From assembly GCF_009914755.1 (NCBI RefSeq), contig NC_060933.1: DNA of 64,000 nt. One strand, 5' to 3'. This document shows positions 1 to 17,308 of the stretch, one piece after another (positions within the stretch are counted from its first letter, which is position 1; each line of letters begins with the position of its first letter). The position numbers and the translations under genes were made by a program. The stretch comes from the human T2T-CHM13v2.0 reference genome, Homo sapiens. Under the pieces are notes generated by a model, which made no database searches, was not told where the DNA came from, and worked only from the letters and a program-made list of their open reading frames with translations.

Positions 1-921
1 ATAAACCTGCAGAAGCCTACTATGTATTTTTTATGTTTTTCTCACATATGTATACATTCACAAGCACATGCAGAGAGACGATAAGTATCAATTAATGGCC
101 TGGGCAAAGAGGAGGCTAATGGAATTAGGAAGGAGTAAAAGGGCTCCAACTTTATCTGTAATTACTGACTTGTTTTATGTATTAAGTCCCAAAAGATCTT
201 GAAGAAATTACATCGAAATGTTAACATTTTACAAAGCTGGGTAATGGCTATGTTATTGCATTATAACTCCCTGTAAGCATTTCATTTTGCTTAATTTTTT
301 TTAAAAAAGGAAAGAAAGAAATTGAATTCAGTCTGAGCCATTAAGAGAGAGAGGAAGAAATGGGAGGGAATGTTAATTTACTCATCCACAAAACAAAGAG
401 AAAAAGATCACCTTTTATATGTTGAACACTGAGAACTCTATTTCTGTGACATCTATTCTCCTGCAACTTTTAATCAGGTAACCCAGAAGACTTGAAACTT
501 CATAAACCAAATGCCAGCTCTAAAATGCAGCCTTACTTGAACTGACAGGTCAAAACAATGTAATAATTCATACTGACAAAAATGAAAAATTATTTTCCAT
601 TAGGCCATTTTGCTGAAAGGCTAATAACAATATATTTCCTTATAAACTTGTTCCATTTCAATTTTTAAAATGGAATTTTGTATCTATTTTAGTTTTTATT
701 ATCTTCTACTACCTTCCATTATTGTCCTTTTTTTTTATTACAAAACAGCTTATCTCTATAAACTATCTTTTTACTGTGATGAGCTAAGAGACAGCAATAA
801 ACTTATACAATTTTTAAAAAGCAGCACTTAATATTTTAGATACTGAGAGCAATTCATTTATAACCATTTTAAGGGGAAAAAAAAAAAAGCCAAATGTGGT
901 CCTAAGACTCCTATGAGTAAA

Positions 922-1610
<689 letters not shown>

Positions 1611-3204
1611 TGTATATTTGTGATACATCATTTGAAAGAGTAAATACCATGGTGTAACTGATGACTATAATCCTCACAATCATTTGCCACCTTGTTTCTC
1701 CTGCCTTTTCTTCCTCCACTGCCATAGCATTGAATTCCCCCCTGTAACTTCAGTGTTGCCCTAGTTTTCCAGCTAGTTTTGAATGAGACAGTGGAATGAT
1801 CTATGGTTAAGTCTCTCCATCTTGACCTATCTTACATAAGTGGGATCTACATCTGACCATGACAGCTCATTCCTAAGTTCCCATCAGTCATCTCTACACA
1901 ATCCAGCATGTCAGAGGTGAGCCCTGCACTATGACCTGTGCCATTGAGCTGGGATGCTTCCTGGGTCTTCTCCTCCACTGTCTTTACCAGGTTACTGCAG
2001 TAACCTGATCAACCACAATTAAGGTAATACTAAACAGAGTTCTAAGTAGGCAAAGCCCTGAGAGCTGGGGCCTACACCTGCTCCACTCCAAAACCTTCCT
2101 ATGTTTGGTGGTGGAAACTCATCTAAGTGCAAATGTTTGATATCACCTGCTGGACATTCTGACTTTGAAATCAGCCAACTAGTTGACCAACACACACACC
2201 CTACTCTTCTTCCTTCAAGATTGGAATTCCTGCTACTAAAGGTTGTCTGAATCATTGAAAGTTGCTTTATTTCTAATCTATGCTTTCAGAAACTAATATG
2301 CTCCATGGCCCTCTAATAAACATATTCTCTGATGCTGAGAAGAAAGTATCAACCCACTTTTGCTTTTCTCCTGGCCTGAGCCTGCCTAACACAATCATGT
2401 ATGAAATGGGATAAGTTTAACTTAAGGGCAGCTCTTAAGTGATGTTATGCAATTACCAAATGGCAGTATTAATATTTTCACACAGCAGGGAAAGGTTGAT
2501 TTTTTTTAAATGACAGTCTTATTAAGGCAAGGTACAGATCTTAAAAGACAGAAATCCCCTGGACTCTATGATTTTCTCAGGTGGAAAAAAACAGCAGGCC
2601 ACTGTCCCACCTTAGTGTGTATTCACAGCAAAGCTGCAACAAAAGTTCAAAGAAAGACAGCTGGAGAATCTAGGGGTATGAAAACGAGATTGGGCAAACA
2701 GTTCCCTAATGGGCAAGAAGTGGGAAAAAGCCAGACCCACTTTGAAAGATAAAGGAGCAGCTCCATTAACCATTGAAGACTAAACCAATTAAAAAGGATG
2801 TATTAGAAAGAAAAATAAACAAACATGAAAGGTGTCTTATGTGGTTTACCCTAGGTACCCCTGTACAATTTCATCTTATGAATAGAAAATTCAAAATGGG
2901 CTTTCAGATTCCAAAATAATATCTCTTCTCAAACCTTATCTGAGTTTATAAACACAAAAGGAGGCACAAGATGAATTTAAATTGCAATATGGGAACAAAT
3001 TTAACTTCTAATAGAAACATGGTTCAAGATGAAGTCAGAAGTCTCAATGTTTATCTCCACATGCATTTATTCCTGGCAATACGTTGGAGTTTTCCATAGA
3101 GTGTTTATCCAACGTGGCCTTCCTTTGATGGGTCTTCTGGCATACCACATACACAGACCATATGTAGTGGTTACCTCTTTCTCCCTGTAAAGAACTTCCA
3201 GAAT

Positions 3205-3340
3205 TTACCTAATGTTAAATGACGAGTTAATGGGTGCAGAACACCAACATGGCACATGTATACATATGTAACAAACCTGCACATTGTGCACATGTACCCT
3301 AAAACTTAAAGTGTAATAATAATAAAATTTAAAAAAAAAA
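3205..3340 (+). mobile_element. Young L1PA 3' end (5'-truncated)
   Basis: L1 3'UTR …acatgtaccctaaaacttaaag… plus A tail, with TSD aaagaacttccaga. Confidence 0.92.
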
Positions 3341-4512
3341 GAACTTCCAGACTAATCATGGGGAAAAGGGAAAGAACTAACATACGTCAGGTATCTATCA
3401 AAAGGCTGATACTATACAAAGCACTTAACAGTTATTTTTGCCATTTAAACTTGTTACCACACTGTATGTTATTTGAATTCTAGAGATTTTAAAAAATAAA
3501 GCTGAAAAAGACCTATGTACTGAAGATCCCCCAGCTATGGTGTATAACAGTCTAGATTTGAACCAAAATCCACCCGGGTCTACGCCCATGCATTACCTTT
3601 TCTCAATTCTATGTTAGACGAAATTATCGTGTGGCACTGGAAACATACTTCATACTGCAATTAATTGTTCACATTTTAGTTTGAAAGAAAGCACTGTCAA
3701 GATAATCTGTAATCCCTTATTTCAGAGACTCATAATTTAATAATTGCAAACATTGTATGAATTCCCTTACTCTGAAGCCTTCTGTGTGTCTCATTTTTGT
3801 ATTCTTCAGTTGTGAAATATTCTAGTTATAATTTCAATCTGTTTTCTCACTTAGAAAATAAAGAGAGGAAGTGGAATTGCCTTTTTAAACCTTAAGAGTC
3901 ATTGAATCATTTTATGCAGAAGAGTAAACTGATCTAATCAATGTTTTTAAAAAAAAAAATAAATAACCCACCAACTACAAGAACACATTTTAGAAAAGCA
4001 ACTGAAGAAACCTGAATGTGAATTGAGTATCAAGTGATATTAAGGAGTTATTTATACTTTTGCTAAGTGTGATGATGGCAGTGTGGTTATTTAAGCAAAT
4101 TATTTTTTAGATATGCATATTAACATAAGGGGATTTTTTAAAAGATGACAATGCTAGGGATCTTAAAATACTTCATCCCCCAAAAAAGGAGCAAGTGAAG
4201 CAACTGTGTCAAAATGTTATTACTGAATCTAGGTGTTGGCTATATTGAGATTGTTATTTTTATTTTTGTGAATGTCTGAAAACTGCCATAGTACAAAGTT
4301 CTATCCAAAAAGACGAATCTTTCAGCCTCAAAAAAAACAACCCATTTAATGTGAAATTCAGTTGCTTTGATAAAAAAAAAATCCACTTTCTAATAACAGA
4401 AATAAAACCTAAAACACAGATTTTGAAAATACATATTTTGTTGAGAGTACCTATTGGTAAGGATGTCCAAAAAAAAGTGTCTTCCAAAAGACAACAAACA
4501 GACACCAATCAC

Positions 4513-4825
4513 TTTTTTTTTTTTTTTTTTTTTTTTTTTGAGACAGAGTCTCACTGTTTCACCTAGGCTGGAGTGCAGTAGTGCGATCTCGGCTCACTGC
4601 AACCTGCAACATTTGCCTCCTGGGTTCAAGCAATTCTCCTGTCTCAGCCTCCTGAGTAGCTGAGATTACAGGTGCACGCCACCACACCCAGCTGATTTTT
4701 GTATTTTCAGTAGAGACGGGGTTTCACCATATTGGCCAGGCTGGTCTCAAACTTCTGACAGGTGATCCACCAGTCTCAACCTCCCAAAGTGCTGGGATTA
4801 TAGGTGTGAGCCACAGCACCCAGCC
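4513..4825 (-). mobile_element. AluS
   Basis: Poly-T followed by antisense Alu, with TSD caatcacttttt. Confidence 0.95.
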
Positions 4826-4986
4826 GCAATCACTTTTTATCAGAACACTGAATGAGAATTGGAGGAACAATCTCTTAACTAAGATATTGAAAATCTACCC
4901 AAATTCACATCTTCAATGAAAGCTACAGGAAATCACTTGGAGGGATCAAAATATCTTTATGTTCTTGACTTAAAACCAAAATGGTT

Positions 4987-6320
<1,334 letters not shown>

Positions 6321-7849
6321 ACAAAATGGTCATGTAACAAATGAGAGACAGAATGATACACCATGAAAAATACTGATAAAGAAGACTCTTGCCTTACTGG
6401 AATCACAGGTGTGAGACCTGAATATCTTTTAGGTTTTCAGATACCTATTCTGGCCTCTAATATAATCCTAGGTTTAAGAGAAGCCAAACTGCTCACTCTG
6501 GTACTGAACTATTGACTCTTTCATGAACAATGAAAATGAAACTTTTAATCCAACTTCTATCCACAGTAACCTGATCAAGCACAGGGTAATGCTTAACACA
6601 GTGCTAGAAACAGAAAATGGCTCTGGAGAGCTGCAAGTTTGTTTGGTTTCCTACCCCATCCCCATGCCCCCAATATCCACAGGATACGAACACATTAACT
6701 CAACCTAATGATGAACAGGTTCCTGTCTGCAAATACATCCCAGGAGTTTCCTTTGGATAAGAAAACTCTTTTTCAGTGTCTGGACCAGCAGAATTATAAA
6801 TCGGTTACAAACACGGCATCTTCTTGCTGCTGCTAGTCCAGTTTCGTCTTAGTATTCATCACCTAGCTTTGTAAGAGCTAGGTGCTCTCTCAGCATGAGA
6901 AAACAAAAATCTGTCTCAGAGTCAAGGCAGGGGTAAAGCAGAGAATACAAACTTGCCCCACTTCAAAAAACAAGGCATATCTTTCAACTAACTAAACAGC
7001 AATCCCAGCAGGCGTGACAATGCAAGCTTTCTTCCCTATTATTGTTTGAAACAATCACAAGCTATTTGTTCATATTAATTCGTTTATATGTAGTATTAGG
7101 CAGCCTTGATTAGAAAAATGCTCTTTGTTACCCAATGAATAGAGTAACAAACAAAACCAAAAGTTTTTCTAAAAAATTGTTGTTTTGGCCTTAGAAAAGG
7201 ATTTTCAGGCCTTTCACACTTGAATGTGGATTTATCTTTACAAGGTCCCTGAATTCACTGGAAAAGAATGCAAGTTGATGTGCCAGACAATACCAGGCTA
7301 AGGTGACTGAGTGAGCTGCTTATTATGCTTGCCTAAGAAGATGCTATATCTAAATTATTTTTACCTTCTTTGAACTTGGGCAAAACTGATAATAAGAGAG
7401 AAGACATCAGTAGAAGCTTCGGGGCAAGGGCAAGTCAGCCTTGGACTAAATTTCACTGTACAAATTACATGTGAGGAATTGACATATAATTAGGAGGCCC
7501 ATCATTGGCCAAAGGATCCTGGGAACCAAGTGACCCAATGGTCTGCATCTCTCCAGAAGAAGCTATCTATCTCTATGACCTAATGTCCCAGTGTATAGCT
7601 GACTCCTTCCCCGTGGGCTTAGTTCCCCAACCATCAGAGGCTGCCACTATTCCCAAAATACGGTGAGAATAATGCAACTACCCTGGTTAAGGTTAATTAA
7701 TAAACTTGCTCAATAAAACTATTATCGAAAGTCAGAACTTGAACCCAGGTCTATTTCAAAGGCTGGGACCATTAAGCTAACAAAGACTTCTTTTAAGATC
7801 AATGTTAAATTCATTAATACGGTTTGAAAGACCCTGTAAAATCTCCAAC

Positions 7850-8022
7850 TTTATAACCTAACCCATTTATGCTAATTCTAGCACTTGCCGATTTCTGCAG
7901 TATAACTATTCCATGTGGCTGATTTCAAGCTGCTGGCATGAAGTCAATTGGCTCGCGAAATTCCTGAAAATTTAACAATCTGCTTCTGTGAGTTGGTATA
8001 GGTGGCTCTAGGGACATCACTG
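7850..8022 (-). mobile_element. MER63-like hAT DNA transposon fossil
   Basis: ggctcgcgaaattcctgaaaatttaacaatc…acatcactg resembles the MER63 terminus. Confidence 0.6.
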
Positions 8023-8139
8023 TTTACAATCTCATGCCCCACTGTAGTGCAACCATCCAAAACAAAATTCTAAATGCTTTGCTCCCTCTCTCTCTCTCTC
8101 TCTCACACACACACATACCTTGGGACACTTGACATTCAC

Positions 8140-8660
8140 CTATGCTTTTTCTTCTCCTTTACCAAAATAACTCATATTAATTTGTCCTCAGCCTAGTGGT
8201 CTTCCTTCAAGAAGCCTTCCCTGATCCTCTAAATCTTTACTTGGGTCTCCACTTTCCTCCCAGAGCACCCATACTTCCTGTATTTGTGCATTCCTGCATG
8301 GGTGACAAAGCGTTGTAACTTTTTGTTTTATCTGTGTATCTCCCACTATATCTGTAAACTCTGGCAGGGCAAAACTTATTTCTCTTATTTATTCTTGTAT
8401 CCCCCAGCCCTGCCACAAGGCTTGCTGAGCAATAATAACAATGCTTGCTAATATGCACTGGGCAATATGTGCCCAGAATATGTGCCAGGCACTATTCTGA
8501 GCTTTATAGAAATTATTTCATTTCCGCCTTAAAATAACCCTATCAGGTTGGCTTCATTAATGCTATGCTCATTCCGTGGGTAAGGAAATAGAGGCACTAA
8601 GAGGGTGGATACCTTCCCCTCAGGCTCAGGTAATTAGTAAATTGAAGCAGGGTGACTGGT
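8140..8660. mobile_element. L2 3' fragment followed by an antisense MIR
   Basis: L2-like gaagccttccctgatc…gtatcccccagcc and MIR-like tgtgccaggcactattct…gaaatagaggcac. Confidence 0.6.
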
Positions 8661-8966
8661 GAGCCTATGTGCCTCCCTCAAGAAACCAGTGTTTCTTGGC
8701 CATATTTTTTTCTCATTAGTGATCCTTAAGGAGAAAAATTAATTACATTTAAATTTTTTCTAATGAGAAAAAACTAAATACTAAGGAATAAGATTTTGTT
8801 GGATAGAGGTATAAGCTCTGGAGGGATTTTTTTCATCTCCCAAAACCCAATTTTTGTCCTCTTGGGGCAATATAACTATGTTAAGAATGTATGTTCTAGG
8901 ACTTTCATTATCCATTTCCATTAATGTACCATATACTTCTCCCTAAAAATACACAGTCTTGTTTTA

Positions 8967-9500
<534 letters not shown>

Positions 9501-10453
9501 TCAATGAATATCTTTATACATTCCTTATACACTCCTTGGGCTCACGTGTGAGTGGTTTTCTAATGTAGATTCCAAGACAGGAGCAGGGCATGTGCAGAAG
9601 TGTATAATTTTAATAGATACTGTTGAATTACCCTCCAGAGTGACTGTACCAATTTACTTTCCCACAGAGAATTTACGAGAGTACACATTTCCCCCAGTGA
9701 TTGTATGAAATAGAACCTCTTTCTCCTTTGGGCAGTGTTAAACATTTTAATTAAATGAGTCATTTAGAGGTATTTCTATTCCTCACCAGCTGATAGGAGC
9801 TTGTGTAACAGAGAAGATATATAGATAAGAAGATGCTGTTGGAAATGCTGAAAGATGACAGCAGCAAACCGGGATGTGGAAATGCCCTGTCTAGAAAACC
9901 CGCACTAGCCTAACTCACTTCACGAAAGGACTAAGAAGAGTCATTACATGGGAACAGCTGCAGTGGACTTTGAAATGGTGACCTCAGGTAACAGGCACTA
10001 AATCTCTTTGCCCATTCTCCAAGTCTCTCAGACACCAAAAAAGTCTATTGAAGATAAGGGAAACCAAACACCCAAAGTAAATGAAGTGTTGAAAGGACAA
10101 TGGTCCACTTACCAGAAAGAGGAATGCGTATGACGATGGTAACACTAAACATTCTGGAAAATAATACTAAAGGCCTTAGTACTTTATTCTTTATTCATAT
10201 GATATGAATAAAGGGCTTTATTCATATGATAAAATCCCAAGGTTGATAACAATGATGACATCCCAAATGGTGTTGAGGAGAAAACACTATACTATATGAG
10301 GGAAAAATGTCCCTTGTTCTCCTTTTTCCCTCTCCTCCTTCTCTCCTTCTCTCACAAACACACAAACCCCTACTTAAAATACATACAAAATTGAATAGCC
10401 TGCAAAATCATACTGAAAAAAACAGTGTGGAACAACGTTCTGTATCAAGTTCA

Positions 10454-10836
<383 letters not shown>

Positions 10837-10899
10837 TCACAAATAAGAAAGGAGGTCACACTATAGAAAGAAGATAAATGAAGAGTAAATGGGAAACTA

Positions 10900-11105
10900 C
10901 ACTTGCTGAGCACCTCTGTATGCCTCATGTATATGAACCATCATTTTATCCATATAACCATCATGTGAGGAATGATTACATGAGAGGAAACTGAAGCTGA
11001 GAGAAGCTAGCATGACTAGGGCTCTTTATCCTGCAATCAGAGGAGCAGGGATGTGAACTGTGGCCTTATGACTCCAAAGTCTGTTTCCACATTGTACCCT
11101 GCTGC
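10900..11105 (-). mobile_element. MIR
   Basis: gaggaaactgaagctgagag…tgactccaaagtc core. Confidence 0.6.
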
Positions 11106-11735
11106 CTGGTGAATCTGAAAGAGTCCAGCCAATGCCTGATTAAATCAGGCTGTAAAATCATCTGAACAAAGACCATGTCCCTGCCGTATTACTGCTCTTC
11201 ACTGGACAGAAAAAAATAACTCATACGATTGCTGCTCAGAAGTTTCTGGAATTGCATTTTGTTTCAAAGTTCCTAGAACAGATCAAGGCAAAAGAGTAAG
11301 TATAGGAGGAGGACAACAAGACAGCCCTCAGAAAACTTGTTATAAAATTAGATCCATTCTGATATATTTCATTAAACCCCACCCCACCCCACCCCCCGGC
11401 CCACAAAAAAGCCAAGAGAGGAAAAGCAGCAGGGTTTACTACTGACTTACTTTGATTTAGAGTTTGATGCCTATAATGTCAGACATCCTAAGCACTGAAA
11501 ACCAAGGCCTCCTATGAACAGAGGCCAGTTCACTAAAATCACTTGTTCATTGTTCCAGCTGCTTCCTGAACGAAATGGCACCTCACTCACAAAAGCACCA
11601 TTATTCGAATACACACCAAATGATAGCGAGAGAGATATACATGATCCCTAGAGTCAAATACACTTCCTGAAACCCAGTTTAAATATTTGACAAACTTACG
11701 ATTACCTCAGACCTCTGCTAGTTTGAAGCCCTTAC

Positions 11736-11780
11736 CTGGGGCTGTGAAATTACAGGGATGGAAGTAGAGATGGCAGCCAT
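11736..11780 (-). CDS. LPAR1: LPAR1 first coding segment, MAAISTSIPVISQPQ (15 codons, phase-0 donor)
   Basis: Reverse complement reads gctgtcATGGCTGCCATCTCTACTTCCATCCCTGTAATTTCACAGCCCCAG|gtaagg. Strong Kozak context (G-3, G+4). The peptide is the known human LPA1 N-terminus. Confidence 0.97.
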
Positions 11781-11849
11781 GACAGCTCTGTGGTTGTAGG
11801 TGGTGAACACGCCCCAGAACTACGGGAGACAAATTTTCTTGTTTGCTGA

Positions 11850-11864
11850 TCAGATCGAAGTCAT
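11850..11864 (-). promoter_or_regulatory. Minimal uORF MTSI* in the 148-nt exon
   Basis: agcATG ACT TCG ATC TGA with A at -3, ending about 70 nt before the main ATG. Confidence 0.6.
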
Positions 11865-12258
11865 GCTAGGAGAAGCTGTGTACCTGGAAAACAACAGGAA
11901 AACCCACATTTAGCATAAAAGGACTAGCATATGGGTGTGAAGTACCATTGGCCAAAGGAGGTAAGAATCCCTAGACATCAAGTGTCAAATACTAGCTTAA
12001 TGCAAACAGAAAGCCGGTAGGGAAAAGCTAAGGTCTAAAAGCCACGACTTCTGTGCTATCTGTCCAAATACTCTTAAGTTGAGGAATTTTCATAGGTTTG
12101 AATCCAACATCCCAGCTAGATGTTTTGGGAAGACAGTTTCAAGTTGCAGAGCTGAGGAGGGTGAGTCGGGGGAAAAGCCATCCTGCCATTAAATAATAAA
12201 GGAATTGAATAATCCACAGTGGAGAGCTGACGGCTTACATAGAGGGCAAAGAGAATGC

Positions 12259-12906
<648 letters not shown>

Positions 12907-13143
12907 TAATACCGTCAAGTGATTAGATAGCACCCCGTCCAACCCCACCTATTTGCAGAAGAAAAAATTGAGGCTTAGAGAAGAAAAGGGACTAGAGTCA
13001 CACATTTAATGGTAGAACCAGGACTACAGCAGCAACTCCGGTTCCCAGGCCTATATGAAACGTAACGAAGTTAATGTGTTCCCTGCCTATATCTCCTCAA
13101 GGAACTTAGTTACCGCTTTTAAGACTAAAGAAAGGCAAGATAC

Positions 13144-13221
13144 CTGATGCTGTAGGTGTCAGTCCTGAGAAGTCAGGTACTCAGATAGGTGGATGGGGAG
13201 CTTCATAAATCAGACGTCCAC
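13144..13221 (-). other. LPAR1: LPAR1 78-nt 5'UTR exon
   Basis: Acceptor tgttctctttctcacacag|GTGGAC and donor CATCAG|gtatct. Matches my recollection of the LPAR1 mRNA 5'UTR (…ctgacacctacagcatcag|gtacacagc…). Confidence 0.9.
13159..13206 (-). promoter_or_regulatory. uORF MKLPIHLSEYLTSQD* inside the 78-nt exon
   Basis: ATG AAG CTC CCC ATC CAC CTA TCT GAG TAC CTG ACT TCT CAG GAC TGA read directly. Function is untested. Confidence 0.6.
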
Positions 13222-13551
13222 CTGTGTGAGAAAGAGAACATTTCTAAAATCCTTTTGACATCCTCAAAGAGAGGATGCTAAATAAGCACAAAGTATAACC
13301 AAATCTCTTATTCACGTGTTCATTAAGAAAACTCAGAAAGATGCTAACTTCCCTGTAGTAAATCACAGCCCTAGTTCTGTCCAAAGGCTGATGTGACTCT
13401 TTCCACATTGCAATTTAGTCCAGAAGAAAAAAATTTTTCATTTTAAGAAAATAATTTTTAAAAATTCGTTTATTTTTAAGAAACATTTTCATTTTCTGGT
13501 GATGTTCATACTCCCTAACAATATCTTTTCTTTTATTCAAAAGACGTTATT

Positions 13552-13856
<305 letters not shown>

Positions 13857-14553
13857 TTAAGGAGCTTTTGTCTGTAAATATACTTCCTAGTTTCACCAAC
13901 ATGCAAGATGATACCTGAACACTTTTTAAACTATTGGGAAATGATACTTTTCATAATAGTAAAAGTAATGAACCAGATGTCACAAGATCCAAGTCTTGCA
14001 CAGCAGGAACTGTGGAGTTGGACATTTAATCCAAGTCCTTTGTCCCCCACATCCCTTGGTGCTACCCTATATTAGCTCAGGGATACTGGGCAAATGAGGA
14101 GCTCAGAAGTGCTGCTTTTCTAAGAAATAATCTAGGTTTGACAGCAACTTCTATAAGCTTAAATTTTTAATTGCTACATTTTTGTGCAGCATCCTTGATA
14201 CTACAGTTTCAATCACTTTAGGTTCTGGCTGCTTAGAACTGTAGAGCCTTCCTATTTTCTTCTCCCATTACAGCAATTATTTTCATTCACAAATAAGTAG
14301 TAAAGTTCTCAAGTTATCTTGTCATGACATTCAACACCGAATTCCACAGCTGCCCTGTGACAGTACTGATATTCTCCTTAGTCCCAGTTTTAGGAACAAA
14401 TGAGACTTGTTTATCACACTGTGAAAGTAAATAAACAACCCAGGAGAAAAGCATATGTATACAGGACCTTTCTTTTTTCAAGATGACTGCTAGAGTGCCA
14501 AACCTACCCAAGAAAATTACAGGAACCCCAAGGTGCACTGTTTTACACTGAAC

Positions 14554-14685
14554 TTATTCCTGGCACTATTTTTTGCTCACTCCTACTTTCATTTTTCCTT
14601 TCTCCTTCTCATGTATTTATTATTCCTGGCATTATTTTTTGCCCACTCCTACTTTCATTTTTCCTTTCTCCCTCTTATGTATTTA
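14554..14685. repeat. 66-bp tandem duplication (2 copies, 62/66 identical)
   Basis: ttattcctggca(c/t)tattttttgc(t/c)cactcctactttcatttttcctttctcc… occurs at 14554 and 14620. Confidence 0.95.
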
Positions 14686-15874
14686 TAATTCACATTATCT
14701 TGTTCTATGTGACATAAATGAATATATCAATAATACAACTAAAAAGCAAAAAATCAAGCACATAAGATTCCATTCTTAAGGACGCATACTATATGCTCAG
14801 GTCCAATATCATTTCACCAAGCTATGTCATTAAGCAATATAACCTTAAAATATTTTCAATATTCAGAATATAGAGAGTTGCCTAAAAGGTAAATAGAGGC
14901 ACCTAGCTTAGAGTAAGGAAAGCGAAATAGAAATGGATGAGATCCACCAAACAAATATGTCATATGGCGTTACTACTAACAACAGCAGAGGGAAAGATGC
15001 GAGACTGGGATTTCATGAAAGGCCACTGGATGCTGAGCTTTGGAGCAGTCATTTCCCCAACAGTTTGAGGCAGATACTATTCAGTTATTTTACAGAGGAG
15101 ACATCTGAGGCTTTGAAAGGTATTGTGAGGTTATGCAACATACCCACAGTCACACAGTCAGGAAATGAAAGAGCTGAGGTCTGAACCAGGGCCTATGCTA
15201 AGATTCATACTCTTTCCATAGGCCAATATTCCATGTGATCAAAGATTAAAAAGAGATGGAAAGCACATGGAATCTTTAAGCAAAAATGTCAGATAAAAAA
15301 TGGAGAAAGTAGGATGAAAGTCAGATGACCTGCAGAGTAACCCTGAGACAGAGAACCTTGTGCTCTTCTCATCTATATAAAATTTTAACCATTTAACCCT
15401 CATTTGGATGTTTCATTTCCTTGAGATGCCTAATAAACATGACAGATTGTTAGTTTCACATTTTCAAGAAGAAAATAAGACAGAAAATTAACTGCCTTCT
15501 CCTAAAACATGCGACACGTCTAATTTTGTTGAACCTATTCACACATTACAAGAACGCTTTATAAAATAGTGTATGCTTACTTTGCCAAATACAAGGGCTA
15601 AATGACATAACTTCAAAGGTATAAATCAGTTTTCCCTTGGGAGTGAAGTCTTAAAATTATATCATGAAATCTATTTACTTCTCAACTTATTTACAAAACT
15701 GCACAAATCATGGGGGAACTAAACAAGACAAAAAAGACATTACCCTAAGTAATCATGCCATACAGTATCTAGCTGAGTAAGCTGGCTCACTTTGACAGAT
15801 GAACCCCCGCCTTACCAGAGCCCCAGACTGTCAACTAGAGAGTTGCACAATAATTTTTAAAGAAATACATCCCT

Positions 15875-16160
15875 GGCTGGGTGTGGTGGTTCACGTCTGT
15901 AATCCTAGCATTTTGAGACGCCGATGTGGGTGGATCATGAGGTCAGGAGTTCAAGACCAGCCTGGCCAAGATGGTGAAACCCCGTTTCTACTAAAAATAC
16001 AAAAAAAAAAAAAAAAAATTTAGCCAGGCGTGGCGGCAGGCGCCTGTAATCCCAGCTACTCAGGAGGCTGAGGCAGAGAGCTGCTTGAACCTGGGAGGCA
16101 GAAGTTGCAGTGAGCCGAGATTGCACCACTGCACTCCAGCCTGGGCAACAGAGTGAGACT
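15875..16160 (+). mobile_element. AluS (Sg-like), tail-less, with expanded middle A-tract
   Basis: TSD aagaaataca(t/c)ccct. Confidence 0.93.
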
Positions 16161-17308
16161 AAGAAATACACCCCTCTGAACTCTTCCAAGTACTTGGATA
16201 CCTGTTCTGCAACTCTTCCAACCTGCCACCAACCTAACTCTCCATTTCCTTTGCTTGAGCTTCAAAACTGTGTTCTAGCCACAGAAAACCATGAAGCAAT
16301 GTGGGTTTGCCCAGCTGACATCAGGCTCTCCAACTGCCCTTGGAGCATTACTGCTGCCTCTTCTCTTCTTTCCTAGTTGTCTCCATTTTCTATTCTCCTA
16401 GGCATCTCTTCTCATCTATATTTCTCTTCTCAAAACCGTAAAATTACTTCTAATGCCTCTCACCTGCAAAAGATGAGCTTTGTCATCTATTTATTTATTG
16501 GATCATTCATCCATTCCTTTACAATCACTGGGTCTAAATTACCTCAATATCCCCCCTATGATTCAAATCACATATATAAAATACAATTTCCAAATAAGAA
16601 AGCTATAAGCTTATTTCTTTGTGCCAGATTACCAAAGAAATGACCAGTTGATTATAACAGAGGAATATCCTGAATCAGCCCTGGAAACTATAAATAGATC
16701 TTAAACGTTCAGAAATATATACTTGAAAGAATCAACATGGGAGGTTGACAAAAGGACTAAAACACGATATCCTCTTCATGTGAAACTGCAACTGCACAAC
16801 CAGAAAATAAGCAAATGAGAATCCACTAAACCCATAATGATACCCCTAGTTTAGAGCGATGGGGGCTGAGGGAACTAAGCCCAGGAAGACTTGGGGTACA
16901 TTTAAAACACACTAACTCCTTTAAAAGGGCTCCTAGCTTCAGAGGCCAGCCAAGCAAGTAACCTCTGGCTGCATTTACTTCTGGTTGACAGGTGGCCATG
17001 ATGACTACCACAGAAAACACGTGGGAAAAAGACACTCCCAGCTGGCTCCTGGCAAGGGCAGCCATGCCAAGTGACAATGACCTTGCTAATTACTGAGTGC
17101 CACACCAAATACCTAAAACAAAGTCTTTGGTTTGAGGCAAACTTCCCTTTGATTACTTCTGGAGCTGATGCTGGCTCTTTTCCCAGGCCTCACAGGAATA
17201 TGAATTCATAATTGGTAAATTAATCTACTACAAATGTAACCTTTTTCCTTTGTCTGGACTTGAGTCAAATAGTGACTCATACAAGTTTCTTGAAAGAACA
17301 CAGGGTTA

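Larger units (their letters stand above)
11736..11883 (-). other. LPAR1: LPAR1 148-nt exon (103 nt 5'UTR + 45 nt CDS)
   Basis: Acceptor ttttcctgttgttttccag|GTACAC (AG at 11885-11884) and donor CAG|gtaagg (GT at 11735-11734). Confidence 0.95.

Noticed and set aside
7041-7055. Inverted SOX-like pair attgtt-tga-aacaat
   Set aside because: The orientation is opposite to the canonical SOXE dimer arrangement.
14554-14685. CRISPR-like or prokaryotic repeat array
   Set aside because: Only simple two-copy tandem duplications without spacers, in a clearly mammalian intron.
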